A stretch of DNA of 64,000 nt from Eledone cirrhosa (lineage: Eukaryota). The stretch is from assembly GCA_964016885.1 (NCBI GenBank), contig OZ024761.1, forward strand, positions 20,026,001-20,090,000, given 5' to 3'. Made by a program: the position numbers and the translations under genes. Below, piece by piece: positions 1 through 13,715 of this stretch (position 1 is its first letter; each line of letters opens with the position of its first letter). Below the pieces are notes generated by a model that was not told where the DNA came from, did no database searches, and saw only the letters and a list, made by a program, of their open reading frames with translations.

Positions 1-24
1 ACTCTCTCACTCTTACTATCCTTC

Positions 25-122
25 CCAGGAAGAAATCTGTTATATTCAGCTCTAGAGAGAGGAGATGGGCTCCGCCAGGTTTTAAAAATGCCCTTGAAAC
101 ACTGTATGTCAATATGGGGACC
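25..122 (+). repeat. Unclassified dispersed repeat
   Basis: ggaagaaatc..ggagatgggctccgccaggtttt recurs at about 3840-3935 (-) and 42612-42720 (+). Confidence 0.7.
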
Positions 123-483
123 CTACGAACCCTCGGGAGTTACGGGGCAATGTATGTATGTATAAAATAAAGATGGTCGTGGCTTAGGGACCGAAAGACT
201 GGCACTGAAGACCTTACACACACACATAATATACATACATATATATATATATACATATTCTATGCACACACATACATAATACACACAATATATATATATA
301 TATATATACACCTATATTGCTGCTGTTTTTAACGACTTTTATTTAAATTATTCAAAATTTACGTCTTAACGTTTTCTTTTCTCTCCTCATTTACAAACCT
401 TTGGCATCAAATAAATATTTCCAATGTTTTCTTTTCTTCCAATAATGAAATAAACTAACGTAAAACAATGCTTTAAATATACA

Positions 484-515
<32 letters not shown>

Positions 516-3044
516 TTATTTAAATGAAAATATACAAATTAATTTATAAATTAATTTTTCAGTTTTAAAATAGTAATAAATAATATATAGAAAGAGAGAA
601 AGAATCCCACCCCACAAACAAATCTTCGTTATTATTCATATTATTATAATTATTTGTAAAAAAGACCGAGATTTCCCACTCGTCAGCTGTCTAACTGCGT
701 CTTTGTAGTTTCGGATACTACACTTTAAAAATATGATACTACTTTTCCCAGGGCATCAATAGCCTCAAAGGAAAGAGAGCAACAACGGTAAAAGATAAGA
801 GTCTTTTCGACCCATTGAATAGGGGACACAAGAGGAAAAAAACATCAACATACCGATACGAGACATGAAGAAAGACTCCTATAATAAAACGCAGAGAAAA
901 CGCAACACAAAAATGTAGGACGGTAACCATAGAAATAGAACTGTTCCAAATAATGGAATCTAAGGATAATTTACCAAACAAAAAACAGGAACTAATAATT
1001 TCATGCAATCCTGAAATCCTGAAAACATTTAGATGTTCTAAACCCACTTAATACTTGAAATCACTATGGTCATAACTAGTTTCTTCAACCAAGTGAGACA
1101 TAACTGGAAATAATACATTCTTACCCAAATAAACTATTTATAAAATAAATTAATGTTGGTAATTAATTAAACTATCATTAATCTGATCCTTCAAAAGCGG
1201 CTATAATGCTTCCCCATATCAATAATACTATGACTTGTAGACTAAATGAAGTAACTTACCAAACACTTCTACCCAAACTTTATTACATATTCAACAACAA
1301 TATTATTTGAAATACAACTTAATTACCAACATTACATCTTATTAAATATACTAATTATAACCTATCTTGCTCTTCTAAATATCTTAATCTTACTCCCAGC
1401 CTAAAAGTCAAAATACCAAAATCAAATAGGGCCTATTTACCACACATTTACTCTAAAACTTGTCGACTTCTTTATTCCTCAGTAGATTTATTACCCCCAC
1501 TAGTTTGCACACACAATTTTATTATCTTCTCATCATTCTTTCATCTTCCCGTCATCTTATTCCTTTAATGATAGTGGGAGCAAGATTCTAGAACACTCCT
1601 TCCACTATCTTTATCACAGGAGGCAATGTGGATGTATATATATATATCATGATTTCCTTCGAATGAAACAGTTCTAGTCCTGTAGAAGCCATTTCTCTAT
1701 TAAATATATATATATGTCTATTCTTATATCTAACCTTTATATAAACTATCAATAAAGATTCTAACTTCATTGTTTCCGAAGAAGATGGTATGATCGAACC
1801 TATATATTATGTCTGATAGTATAGTTCTGTAACTGCTATAAACTAGTCAATATATCGATATGATCAACCCTCCGAAACAATGAATGAGATATGTAAAATA
1901 ACTTGCCTTTGCCTTGGTTGCCCTTGAAATATAAATAATAAAATAAATATAGTTTCCATTTATTAATATATTGTGTATATATATATATATATATATAACA
2001 TAGTAGTTTTTTTTTAATGATAACAAAGGCAAGTTATTTTACATATCTCATTCATATATATACTATATATATATATATATATGCAATATATCACCTCTTC
2101 TACTAACCTTGAAATCTCTCCTTTTCAAAAATGGCGCCCTGCTTCCATCCTTCTTATCAACCATTTTCTCATTTTCCCTCTCCCACTTTTGGTTTATTTT
2201 TTCAAATCTGCTAGCGTGCTCTTTACTAATGTCCTCAACTTGACATCTCGTGACCTTTTCTCCTTTTTCCTTATATTCTCTGTTTATCTATCTTCAATAA
2301 CTCCCTATCTATCTAGCACTTATTTGCTCACCAATCTATCTTTTATACTTACCAATCTATCTGTCTATCTATAGCTCTCAATCTATCTTCTATACCTCCT
2401 TATCTAACACTTTTTTGCTTACCAATCTATTTATGTCTATCTTGTATACCTCCCAATCTATGTATAGTATATATATATATATATATATCTTCTATAGCTC
2501 TCAATCTATCTATCTTCTATAACTCTCAATCTATCTATATGTCTATCTTTTATACGTCTCTGTCTATCTATCCTCCCAATCTATCTGCCTGTCTATCTAT
2601 AAATAAAGAAAAATCTATCTATCTACCTATATAACTCTCAATCTATCTGTCACTTACCGATGAATCTATGTCTCCCAATCTTATTCAGAAACCATCAGAC
2701 CTCTGCCCCTCCCGGCCCCACTCGAGTATTGTTGGAGGAAGGTATTGCCTGTCCATTACTTTGCTCCCTCATCGTCACTCAAACTAAAATTCATGCTTAT
2801 CATCGGTATAAGTCAGGCTGTATCAAATGTCTTCCATTTTTTTCCATCTCGCTAGTTTGGTCAACTGCTGAGAACGGATTTGTTGAACGTGAGCGTTTCG
2901 AAAAAAATGTTCATTTCATATTCAAATGAAATGAACCAGTGTGTGTGTGTATGTATGTATGTATGTGTGTAAGTATATGTATGTATATAGATGTACATAT
3001 ACACACGCGCGCACATATACTTACAAACTCCCCCCCACACACAC

Positions 3045-3119
<75 letters not shown>

Positions 3120-5894
3120 AACACATGTATACATATATACACAAGCCAGCGTTGATTGATTGTTACTAAAAACAAATAAAAGAACACGTGATAAAATGGA
3201 AGAACTATCTTGTCACTACCATAGAACGCTGACAGATTTGTTGTAGAATATCACTTCTTTCTTGAAATATTGTAAAGATTATATTTCTAGAGGTTAATAA
3301 TATATATATACACACTGATCTGAGCCACATGTATAGTCTGTCACCCTCTCCCAGTCCGCCATTATTTGTCTAATAAATCCTTGCTCTTCCTCTCCTTTAT
3401 GGCATTTATAGTCCTTTCCAATACTGCTGTTTTCCTTTTCTGTATATTTAACCAAATAATAATTACAATATATAAATTAAAGAGAAATTTTAACAAGACT
3501 AGAATATGTGGTGTGGTTGAAGACATAGATTTCTTTGCTATTTCTATCATTAAAAGTACTTTTTGGTAGGAACATTTTATTTATTTCAAAATACTCAAAT
3601 ATATTTCTAGGATAAAATTCATAAAAAATAACGAATTTAATATTTAGTCAAATAGAAAAAAGAAAGTAGTTTTGGAAAGGACTATAAATGATGTAAGAAT
3701 GAAAGAGCAAGGATTATTAGGCAACGAAAGAAAGGGAGAGAGGATGACCGACTCTACACCTAAGTCAATGTATTTATGGTTTGAGGGAGATTTCGTTATT
3801 ACAGCTTACTTGGTCCTGCAACCCCTGGTGGAGTCGAGGGGACGCCATATTGACATACAGCGTTTCTATGGCATTATCTAAAACCTGGCGGAGCCCATAT
3901 CCTCTCCATGTCTGAATACAGATTTCCTCCAGAGAAAAGAGATGGATGTGTGCTTAAGAAGTTTGCTTCACAACTACATGTGGTTTCGGGTCTTTTTTTC
4001 TTCTCTCTAGCCTTTGGATTGACCAATGCATTGGGAGTGGGATTTGGTAGGCGGAAACTATACAGAAGCGTACTGCAATTTCATATGAATAAACAGCAGT
4101 AGCCAAAAAAAATCAGTGCATTCGGCCGTGGAGAAGAGGTGGACAAAAGGTTTTAATGTTTTTGATAGAAGAAAAACAAACTTTTTTTTTAATACAGAAA
4201 TGAGGAAAAACAAGTTTTTCACGGGTCAGTGAACAAAGAAACGCTTGTGAAATGGAGAAGAGTAAGTAGTGAGGTGTGTTTGGGTTGGGAGTTGTGAACG
4301 GGAGGGTAGTGTGTCGTGATAATGTCACGTTGAGAGACAAAGAAACAAGGAGTGGAGTGGAATGTGACCCAAGTAAGTGGTGGGTTGGTAGCTGACTGAC
4401 AGTTCAATGTACTGTTTGGAGGGATTTAGTAAACGTACCACCAACTAACTTGCTCTCAACCTCTGCGGCGAGGGTGACGTGCTGAAACAGCTACACCATC
4501 TCGTGGGGCTCGCCAGCAGCAAAACCCTTATGATCGGGTAAGAAGAAAGTTTTCTTGGCTGGCGAGTGACCTAAAATGTCTGTTGGTGTTGATGTGGAGC
4601 TGCACCAAGGCAAGGACAATAGCTGTTCAGTTATTTAAAGATTTTAGCGGGAAAAGTTTAACTTTTTCGGAAAAAAAAAAAAATAAAGCCATATTAATTT
4701 CTGAGTGAAATTTGACCTCATGCTGATAAACGAGTCGGAGTTTCAAATTCAGTTGACCTAACCAGTAATCACCGACGGGGGTACACGCGCTTCTAAAATA
4801 CTCAACCAACACACACTACGCTTCATGAATTAACATATATGTATGGTTTCAGTATCCCACAAACACGTGTAATTCGCTTAAGAAGGAATGTTAGTGTTAC
4901 GCTTGATATAGTAGGAAAAGAGTCCTTCATCAGAAAATTGAATGAGAAACTGAATAGAAAGAAAGAGGAGAGTGAGCAATGGTAGAAACGAATAAATAGA
5001 TAAGAAGTCTCGTTATTAAGTATGTTTTAAGTTACGGTCATGTGAGTTTTAGAGGCAGGTGTTTCAGACGTTTTATGTCATCTATCACTGACTCGAGACT
5101 GAGACGAGAATAAGCTATAGCTTATATACTTGATGCGTATAAAACATCGGCTAGAGAAGTTCACCTGCACAAGCAGGTACAAAAAGTCTTAGTTTCACGC
5201 TTTATATGAAAAAGACGAAAGAAAGTTGCAAGTGTCGTGCTTTAGCCCTATATATATATGTAGACAATTGATCCAGTTTTTCAGGTCGCTTCAGAGAGAA
5301 AAAAAAACTATCGATGGCAGTTATGCAACCCCATACAATCATCTCTGAAAGAGTTCATTTCTTTAGCTGTATATCCTCCTATATATAATTATGAGGTTTA
5401 TAAGTGTTTTGAATCGACAGTAATAGGAAGAGGATCGGATTTACCAATAGGCATAAGGCCACTGGTATCTGGCCTTACACCCCGGGTACTTGAGAGCCCA
5501 CAGAAACTAATTTGTTACGCGGTGTGCTAGTGTATAACCTTGTTTATGGTGTACACCGGGTATTTCATTATATAAACCTTAAGGTATCCTGCACAATAGG
5601 TTTAGGGCCCGCAGTATGAGTCCCCTATACTATATGACCACAAGTAGCTAAATCCCACCCGGCATAGAAACAGAATGATAGAAACGATGAAATTAAAGAT
5701 AGAGAAGAGAAGCCCTGGATAGGAACAGCAACAGGGAACTTCCTTACCATCGTTGGATATCCCAGGTGTCGAAACCTTACAGCTTATGTTCATCGTGGAT
5801 AAGGGCTCGGAATTGCATGGAGATAGATAGATATAGCTAGATATAGACAGAGATGAGTTAACGTGTTAGGGAGGTGAGAGTAGGAATTGATGTC

Positions 5895-6935
5895 TATACA
5901 GACATACACACACATATATATACTAGACACACACACATATATTCAGACACACATATACAGAAACACACATATTCATAGATATACAGACAGATACATATAC
6001 ACATATATATCTACAGAGAGACAAACATAGACACACATTCATACATAGATAGATATAGGCACACAGGCATACACACTCACACACATATATATATATATGT
6101 ATACAGAGACACATAAAAACAGACACACACATATATACAGACAAACAGACACATAAAAACAGACATACACACATATATATAGACATACAGACACACATAC
6201 ATATATAAACATACAGACACACATACATATATAAACATACAGACACACATACATATATAGACATACAGACACACATACATATATAAACATACAGACACAC
6301 ATACATAAACATACAGACACACATACATAAACATACAGACACACATACATATATAGACATACAGACATACATATATAGACATACAGACACACACACATAT
6401 ATAGACATACAGACACATACATATATAGACACACACACACACATATATAGACATACAGACACATACATATATAGACACACACACACACACACATATATAG
6501 ACATGCAGACACACACATATATAGACATACAGACACACAGACATATATAGACATACAGACAGACACACCAAAAGGAACGCACACGTGTGTGACAACTGTT
6601 GAGACGGTTGAAGTTAAATCAACGAAAATAAAGTTTAAAATGTATGTATGTCATTATATATGTGTGTGTTTGTGTATGTATGTATATATATTTGTGTGTG
6701 TATATATAATTGTGTGTATACATGTGTCTAAACACGTGTGTATATACATATATGTTTGTCTCTCTCTCTATATATATGTGTTTCTGTATGTATGTATATA
6801 TATATATTTGTGTGTGTGTATATATAATTATGTGTCTATATATATATGTGTGTTTGTGTATGTATATATATATATATATATATATATTTGTGTATATACA
6901 TATATGTTTGTCTCTCTCTCTATATATATATGTGT
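5895..6935. repeat. Compound (CA)/(TA)/(CAGA) microsatellite-minisatellite that switches to (TG)-rich after about 6640
   Basis: Visible directly. Confidence 0.95.
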
Positions 6936-7591
6936 CTGGGAAGACTACAAGATATTTAACCGTATTTCTATTATTAACCAACTCCAGTATTTTTTGCAGT
7001 TTCTTTTTTTTTTTTTACAATTTATGACTGAAGAAATTTAACACGAGACAACAACAATAACAACAACAGTGATAAAACTTTAGATTTTCAAAACAAATAC
7101 AGAACAAACTTGTTACATACCTTCTTAGTGTATATAAATATATATATGATATATAAATATATGATTTATATATATATTTGTCTAGACATCCGAATATATA
7201 GGTATAACTCGCGACATGGCCGTTATGAGACAACCAGCACTTCACTTTGCTGTAAATCCAGTCTGCCTGACGGTTGAATGGATTTGAGAAGTTGACTAGC
7301 AAACGTCTAAGACTATACTTACACTTCCCTCATTCAGTAAATAATAATAAAATAATATATATATAAATATATAAAGACTATAATCGTAGTTTTTTTTAAA
7401 TATTGCTGTTGTACATTATTTTGTAGAAACAATTATTTTAATTCCTTGAGTGTTGCCATTCAACTAGAACAACCCCCTCTATTTTTTCGACATCTCGTTC
7501 TCTCTCTCTCTGTCATATGATGTCCACTCACTCTTTCCTGCATCTCTTTATCTGGCTACTTACCATATCAACTTTCTGCCTACACACACAC

Positions 7592-7640
<49 letters not shown>

Positions 7641-7749
7641 CAAAAGGGATATTTAATTTTAACATAACCACTATCCAGGAAAAACTTGAACCATTTATTT
7701 AATATCATTGAATATATATATATATGTGTGTGTATATATATAGAGAGAG

Positions 7750-8138
7750 ATCAATGATATTAAATAAATGGAAACTATATTTATTCTATTATATATATTA
7801 AGGGTACCAAAGTTTTGGTACCCTCTCATCAGATAAAATACAAAGTTTGTTTTATAAATTTTGACATAACCAAGAAAAAGATACCTTAACGGTTCAAGTT
7901 TTTCCAGGAAAAACTTGAACCGTTAAGATCTTCCTGGATATGTCAATATTTATAAAACAAACTTTGTATTTTATCTGATGAGAGGGTACCAAAGTTTTGG
8001 TACCCTTGAAATATATATAATAGAATAAATATAGTTTCCATTTATTTAATATCATTGATATTATACTCCATAAAATCTGTCGAGTGCTTCGAATCAGTTA
8101 TAAACTTATATATTTGTTGAATTACCAACAAATTAAAG
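7750..8138. mobile_element. Fold-back (inverted) Penelope-like H1 insertion
   Basis: About 150-bp imperfect inverted arms centred near 7905, flanked by (TA)n. Same family and architecture as 33772-34186. Confidence 0.65.
7967..8027 (+). ncRNA. Minimal type I hammerhead ribozyme motif (family H1)
   Basis: TATTTTAT-CTGATGA-GAGGGTACCAAAGTTTTGGTACCCTT-GAAA-TATATA-TA-ATAGAATA. 8-bp stem I, long stem II, palindromic stem III. Confidence 0.75.
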
Positions 8139-8681
8139 TTCAGAGCCATCTTCAGCATTCTCGTGGAGCACCCATCCACCATCTGAGTGAGTTTCTTGGT
8201 CAGTGTCCAAGTTTCAGACCCGTACAGCAGCCCAGACTCCACTACAGCAATGAAGAGGCGGATTTTCAGGTCTTTACGAAGGTCCGACTTCCACACCGAT
8301 CTCAAGCTGTGGTACGCCGCCCAGGCTTTGCTCTTCCTCTCAACCACATCATCTTCCGTATTCCCAATCTCTGCTCCCAAATACAGGATGAAAAACTCAG
8401 AGCTGTATGGGAGCCTCCCAAAAGTCAGCTCAAAAGTGACACAGAGGAGACTGAGGTTAGCTGGACATGCTCACCGACATCCAGAGTTGACATTGCACTC
8501 ATTGCTCCTGTGGGAGCCCCTACATGGACACTCTGGAAGAGGAAAACCAAGGTTAACGTATGTTGATGCCCTAAGGACAGACACTGGTCTGTTGGAGACG
8601 CAGGACATGGCAGCGATAATGAGGGACAGAGACCGCTGGAGAGAACTCGTCCATGGATCTCGGGAATTTTACCCGCCCTAG
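8139..8681 (+). mobile_element. RTE-like LINE 3' fragment with 5' inversion
   Basis: 8139-8385 reads on - as KAWAAYHSLRSVWKS..LLYGSETWTLTK..RMLKMALN. 8386-8681 continues on + as ELYGSLPKVS..RRLRLAGH..RGKPRLTY..DRDRWRELV. Confidence 0.85.
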
Positions 8682-8800
8682 AATATATATATATATATAT
8701 ATATATGTGTAAAAGGCAAATAAAAATAACAACACAATCGGTACTGTATATCGAAGGAATATATTAGATTAGCGCTTGAAATAGCAGGATGATATATATA

Positions 8801-8940
8801 TTCGGGAGAAATCAGGAAGCCTGATGATTTCTCTCGAATGAAACAGTTCTAGTCCTGTAGAAGCCATTGCTATATTAAATATTTATACTCTGCTATGTAT
8901 TGAGTACCTTACTTACTGTGGTTTCCCCCGATTGAACCCT
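8801..8940 (+). mobile_element. Penelope-like fragment with H3 hammerhead core and short inverted 5' junction
   Basis: CTGATGATTTCtctcGAATGAAACAGttctagtcCTGTAGAAGCC at 8821-8865. The same element occurs at 1648-1705 (+), 23700-23905 (-) and 51900-52088. Confidence 0.6.
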
Positions 8941-9344
8941 TTTTTGCAAGATTTATTATCTGAAAACGTGTTGAAACAGATATTGTTATACTTTGGGAGG
9001 GTCATGCTGCCAATGAAAAACACACGCACCTGTTGTATTTACTTCAGTTTACAGAGGCGGTGGAACTGGATGGCATGTCCCTCCTGAACTCCCAGTAATT
9101 ATATTTTTCTCCCCAAACTACCAAAACACATATCTATTTGTATATGCGCTACAATTTATGTACATGTTATGTAGAGACAGGTGGGAGATATAGAGAGAGG
9201 GAGAGTTTGGTGGTAGTTGATTTAGAGGGGAAGCAACTACCACACCCCTTCCAACCTGACCGCGACTACGTCACGATTTTTAGCCATTTTGAATGAATTC
9301 TTGGCGCGATCACTTTGGAAAATTTAGTGTCTAAATAAGAGCAA

Positions 9345-9432
9345 ACTTCCTGATGAATCTGGTGCTCGAGTTTATATAATTATTACATAATTATTGGAAA
9401 ACTCAAAATACGGATGAAACCATGGTAGAGGT
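9345..9432 (+). ncRNA. Type I hammerhead ribozyme motif, intact core with long stem II
   Basis: ACTTC-CTGATGA-ATCTG...GAGTTT...AAACTC...CGGAT-GAAA-CCATGG-TA-GAGGT. Stem I ACTTC/GAGGT, stem II ATCTG/CGGAT, palindromic stem III ACCATGGT, GUA triplet. Confidence 0.7.
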
Positions 9433-9802
9433 ATTTAAATGTATTCTATTTTCTCCTAGTTTATTTTACACCTAATTCTGTTTAGTTGACTGTATCTGGG
9501 CGATTACGCTGTCGAAATATTCGATAAATATTCCGTTGCGGCCGACGCGAAGGGCTAGTTTCGGTTATTTGTCGGAGATTTCTTCATAGAAGCCTCATTC
9601 TTATAGCCTGGTCTATTCGATTTTTTATATAGTTAATTATGCTAATTGGGAGAGGAAATGGTATATATTTTATCTTGTGATTCTATAGACATGTTTTATG
9701 ATATATAGCTCTGATTATTTAATTTATTAATTTTTCATTGAGCCACAAAGTGACCAGTTGCAAAACACGTATATGTATATATATATGTATATATATATGT
9801 AA

Positions 9803-9833
<31 letters not shown>

Positions 9834-9913
9834 GTAATAATAATAAATTTGAAGACTAAAATCTAAAGAGGGCTCGATAAGGATAAATATATATATATAT
9901 ATATACATGTGTG

Positions 9914-9951
<38 letters not shown>

Positions 9952-10289
9952 TATAGATATATGTATATATATATATGTATGTGTGAGTGTGTAGTGGAAT
10001 CTATCCAGTGAGATTTGAACTGTTATCCCCCGCCCCTGTTAGCTACATTAATCATACGACCACATACATTAACCCCTTACCTTATAGATAAGCAGTTTCT
10101 CTTTGTACCCTACCCTGTGTATTTTACTTTATTTCTGTATTTTTAGGAGGAGTAGGGCGGTACTGATGTCGCCAAAATGTCTGCGAGAATACAGTTCTTG
10201 AAAGCCATCTGTTAAATGTCAATGACAACAGGATTATCATAAAGTATCGTCTGCTCCTTGTTGTCCGGAGTCTAGTTCAGTTATTGTAG

Positions 10290-10520
10290 AGCAGAAGTTC
10301 TCAAACGTTTGGGGTCACCGCCCCTGCCCCCACGGCCAACGCCCCATCCACTCACTGCCACGTAGTACCCTCAGGGACCCCAACCCTATTTCCAGAGAGA
10401 CCTGCCAATACGCAAATTGTAAATAATATATAATAAATAAAATCGTTAATTCATATATAATAAATAATATAATATGTACTATGTACCAATAAATATTATA
10501 GATTTTTCATTTTACTATAC
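10290..10520 (+). mobile_element. hAT-like MITE remnant, second copy at about 43809-43950
   Basis: Both copies begin ..gttctcaaac and share ctattt(c/t)agagagacctgc..acgcaaattgtaaataatata. Confidence 0.45.
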
Positions 10521-10524
10521 ATAC

Positions 10525-10555
<31 letters not shown>

Positions 10556-10799
10556 TACTACCATGTGTTTGTTTCCTTCCCTCTGTTTTCCCACCGTCCC
10601 GATAACTTAATTGAGTTATCGCTCGCACTGATTTTAGGTATCTAGTCTTTAATGCGTCGAAATACCAACGATAATCACCAGACTACTGATGATGACATTT
10701 TATCTCTTGGTCTACTTTTATTCATATGTTCATGTTCGCAACAACGCAGCACGCCATTCTTCATTTATATATATATATATATATATATGTACGTATCAT

Positions 10800-11190
10800 T
10801 TGATATTAGAAGATCAGGGTGGAGAGGCAAGTGCTGTCTTCTAGTAAGTTTGTTGAAAGGTGGGTGAAAGTGGCGAGTCTGGTCCGAGTGAACGGGCCCG
10901 CTCTGAGTATGCGCCTGTAGACTGAGGAGTGGGGAAAAACTGAGAGAGGGCGCTTGCCCTGGTGGTCAGGGTGGCCGTGGTCTTTTGTGTGGTTTTCGCC
11001 ACGAGTGACCTTCGGAGGTTTCCCCCTTTTTGGGGAATTTTTGTTGTTTGATTTTTTTTTCATTTCTATCCCGATTTCTATCTTGTTATAACCTGTTTAC
11101 ACGGCCCAAACCCACTTTGTATCGTTCTGTGCCGTCTCTAATGTTTATCTTCATGTTAGCCCTTGTGGCCAATAAAGAAACCATTAATAT
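10800..11190 (+). mobile_element. Shorter copy of the same L1/Tx1-like LINE
   Basis: Matches the reverse complement of 11900-12310 and ends cccttgtggccaataaagaaa. Confidence 0.8.
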
Positions 11191-11861
11191 ACTATTATAT
11201 CATATCTTCACTCCCAACCTCGCCCTTGATCCCCAGCACCCCCTGGACCTTCTCAAGCCCCACCTCCTCCTCCCCGGGGTGGCAGCAGCGCGCACTTTGA
11301 AAATCTCTGATGTAGAGGTTGTTAGCTGTTTAAAATAAATGATGGAGGTACAATCATTCGACTGGGTTCACTGATTCCCTGTGACAGAGACGAGCAACGA
11401 TGTAGTTTGGCAGTAGATACTCACCTCAGCCTTTCCGGCAAACGGCCCGAGACGGTCATACTCCCCGTTCGATTCCAACAAAGGTTGGTTACGAGGGTTA
11501 GACTGAAAAGTACATAGGCTGACCAAAATACTCTCATGGAATGTTGGAACTGTTCAGTGATCAAATGTCGTTGTTGTTGTTGTTTGAAATACAACCAGCA
11601 TGACCTCACTCTATCGGCTGGAACAAGTAATGCAGCAACAGAATAACCATAGGGATAGAATCTGTAGTGAAACAGCAATTTTACTTTCAAACCTGGTATT
11701 GTTCGTTCTTATATAGATTTCCCGTACACCAACACATCAAAACCAACAGACCATGACAAAAAAGAAACAAAAAACCGCAAACATGCGTCATGACATTAAC
11801 ATAATAAAAAATATATTCTGTAGAATGTCACCATTTAGTTAAAAACAACAACAACAACAAC

Positions 11862-11864
<3 letters not shown>

Positions 11865-11896
<32 letters not shown>

Positions 11897-12645
11897 TTTC
11901 TTTATTGGCCACAAGGGCTGACATCAAGAAAAACATTACAGACGGCACAGGACAGTACGATGTGGGTTTTGCGCGGGTAAATATTTTTATTATTTATATA
12001 AGAAAAGAAGAAAAAAAAAAGGACATAGAAACATATATATATAAACAATAAAAATGAAAATTGAAACAATGAAAATTCCCCAATAGGGGGGGGGGGGGGA
12101 AACCTCCGAGGGTTACTCGTGGCGAAAACCACACAAAAGACCACGGCCACCCTGACCACCAGGGCAAGCGCCCTCTCTCAATTTTTCCATCTCTCAAACT
12201 ACAGACGTATATTCAGAGTGGTCCCGTTCACTCGGACCATTCTCGCTACATTCACCCACCTTTCAACAAACTTGCTAAAAAGCAGCACTTGCCTCTCCAC
12301 CCTGATTTTCCTCTTCAAGTGAAACTTGAAAAAGTTAATTAGGGATTCGCCGAAGAGGAAAGTGTCTGTCTTTAACCCTTTTAACCTTGTCCACCACACA
12401 ATCTCTTTCGCCATGGCCACCAGGCAGATGAAAACCGCCTGCCCTTCCTCCTCGAAGGAAGGCTGACGAGACCATCTGCACAATGGACCCAGTCGACAAC
12501 CGGATCAGTCCTACACGCGACAGCAACTGTTCGACATAGCTCCACAAGTCAGCAATGCTCGGACACTGAACGAGTGCGTGCACGACGGTTTCGTCGCTCT
12601 GCGCGCATCTCGGATAGGCTCGGCTGACGGCTACCTGGCTTACCA
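11865..12645 (-). mobile_element. L1/Tx1-like LINE 3' fragment
   Basis: PRCAQSDETVVHALVQC (zf-RVT-like CCHC) and AKEIVWWTRLK..ERW. The 3' end is cccttgtggccAATAAAgaaa with an (att)n tail. Confidence 0.8.
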
Positions 12646-12722
12646 ATGCGACTGTGAATTTATTTGTCCTAGGTGTCAGGAAGACACTCGATATCTCAGA
12701 AATAATTATGAAAGAAAATAAA

Positions 12723-12755
<33 letters not shown>

Positions 12756-13523
12756 GATGATAATAATGTTCCTACAGTGACAACAAAAGCATAAAAACTT
12801 TATGGTCGCACCCCACCTAAGTGAAAACCAAGCAAAACGATCAAAGAATGCAGTCTATATATATATAATGTATGTATATAATGTATGTATAGATATACAT
12901 GTATATTTACTTGTCCCAATAGCTTTATTTAGCTATTGCTCGCACCAACCTGAGGTATATGATTTTTAAAGCGATGAAATACCAATGAAGGTTGGAAAAT
13001 CACTGACGAAGGACTATTTTTATCATATGTAACCCATGTGCAACCACGCAGTATTCTTTCTTCTCATGTTTTTTATATATATATCTATATATATCTATAT
13101 ATATATAGTGACGAAACATAAGTCAATTGCATGAACTCAAAATCCTTTATTTACTGCTATATATATTTCGATGATAGCCATTGAATGGCTATGACCTCAT
13201 CATTGAATGGCTATGACCTAGTCAGTTCTTAGATATGCCAGCTGTGTTTATAGTGTTGATGGTATCAGAGCCTTGGGACATATCCCATATATATATCCTA
13301 GATGTTGCCATTGACTGACCGATATATTGTGTCTATATTGTATCTATATTATTTTTGACCGTCGGTCAGTCAATGGCAACATTGAGGGCCGAGTGGGTTA
13401 GATCGCAGATATAAAAGACAGCGAGAAGCGAAAACCAACCAAACAGTGAGTATGTTCTGTTATTAATTCTGGCAATATTTCACAAATATGACCCTCCCCA
13501 AGTATAACAATATATATATATAT

Positions 13524-13715
13524 AATAATTGTTTCTACTTTTGGCACAAGGCCAGCAATTACCCAGTTCATTACTGGTACTTTATTTTATCGACCCGGTA
13601 AGGATGAAAGGCAATTTTAACCTCGACGGGATTTGAACTCAGACCGTAAAGGGACGTAACTATGCTGGAAAGCATGGCGTCCGACTCTCTACCGATAATG
13701 CCAATTCACCGCCCT
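13524..13715 (-). mobile_element. Second tRNA-derived SINE family with (att)n tail, representative copy
   Basis: B box GAGTTCAAATCC and core gcctttcatcctt..gggtcgataaaataaagtaccagt. Other copies at about 20978-21157, 21372-21553, 27968-28190, 28976-29068, 32926-33022, 41335-41392, 42410-42570, 44215-44322 and 46270-46495. Confidence 0.85.

Noticed and set aside
739-1500. Possible decayed retroelement coding sequence
   Set aside because: No recognisable RT or endonuclease motif could be read in any frame.
5923-7041. Cys/Val/Tyr-rich ORFs here and many similar YIYI/CVCV ORFs throughout
   Set aside because: Translations of (TA)n, (CA)n and (TATG)n microsatellites.
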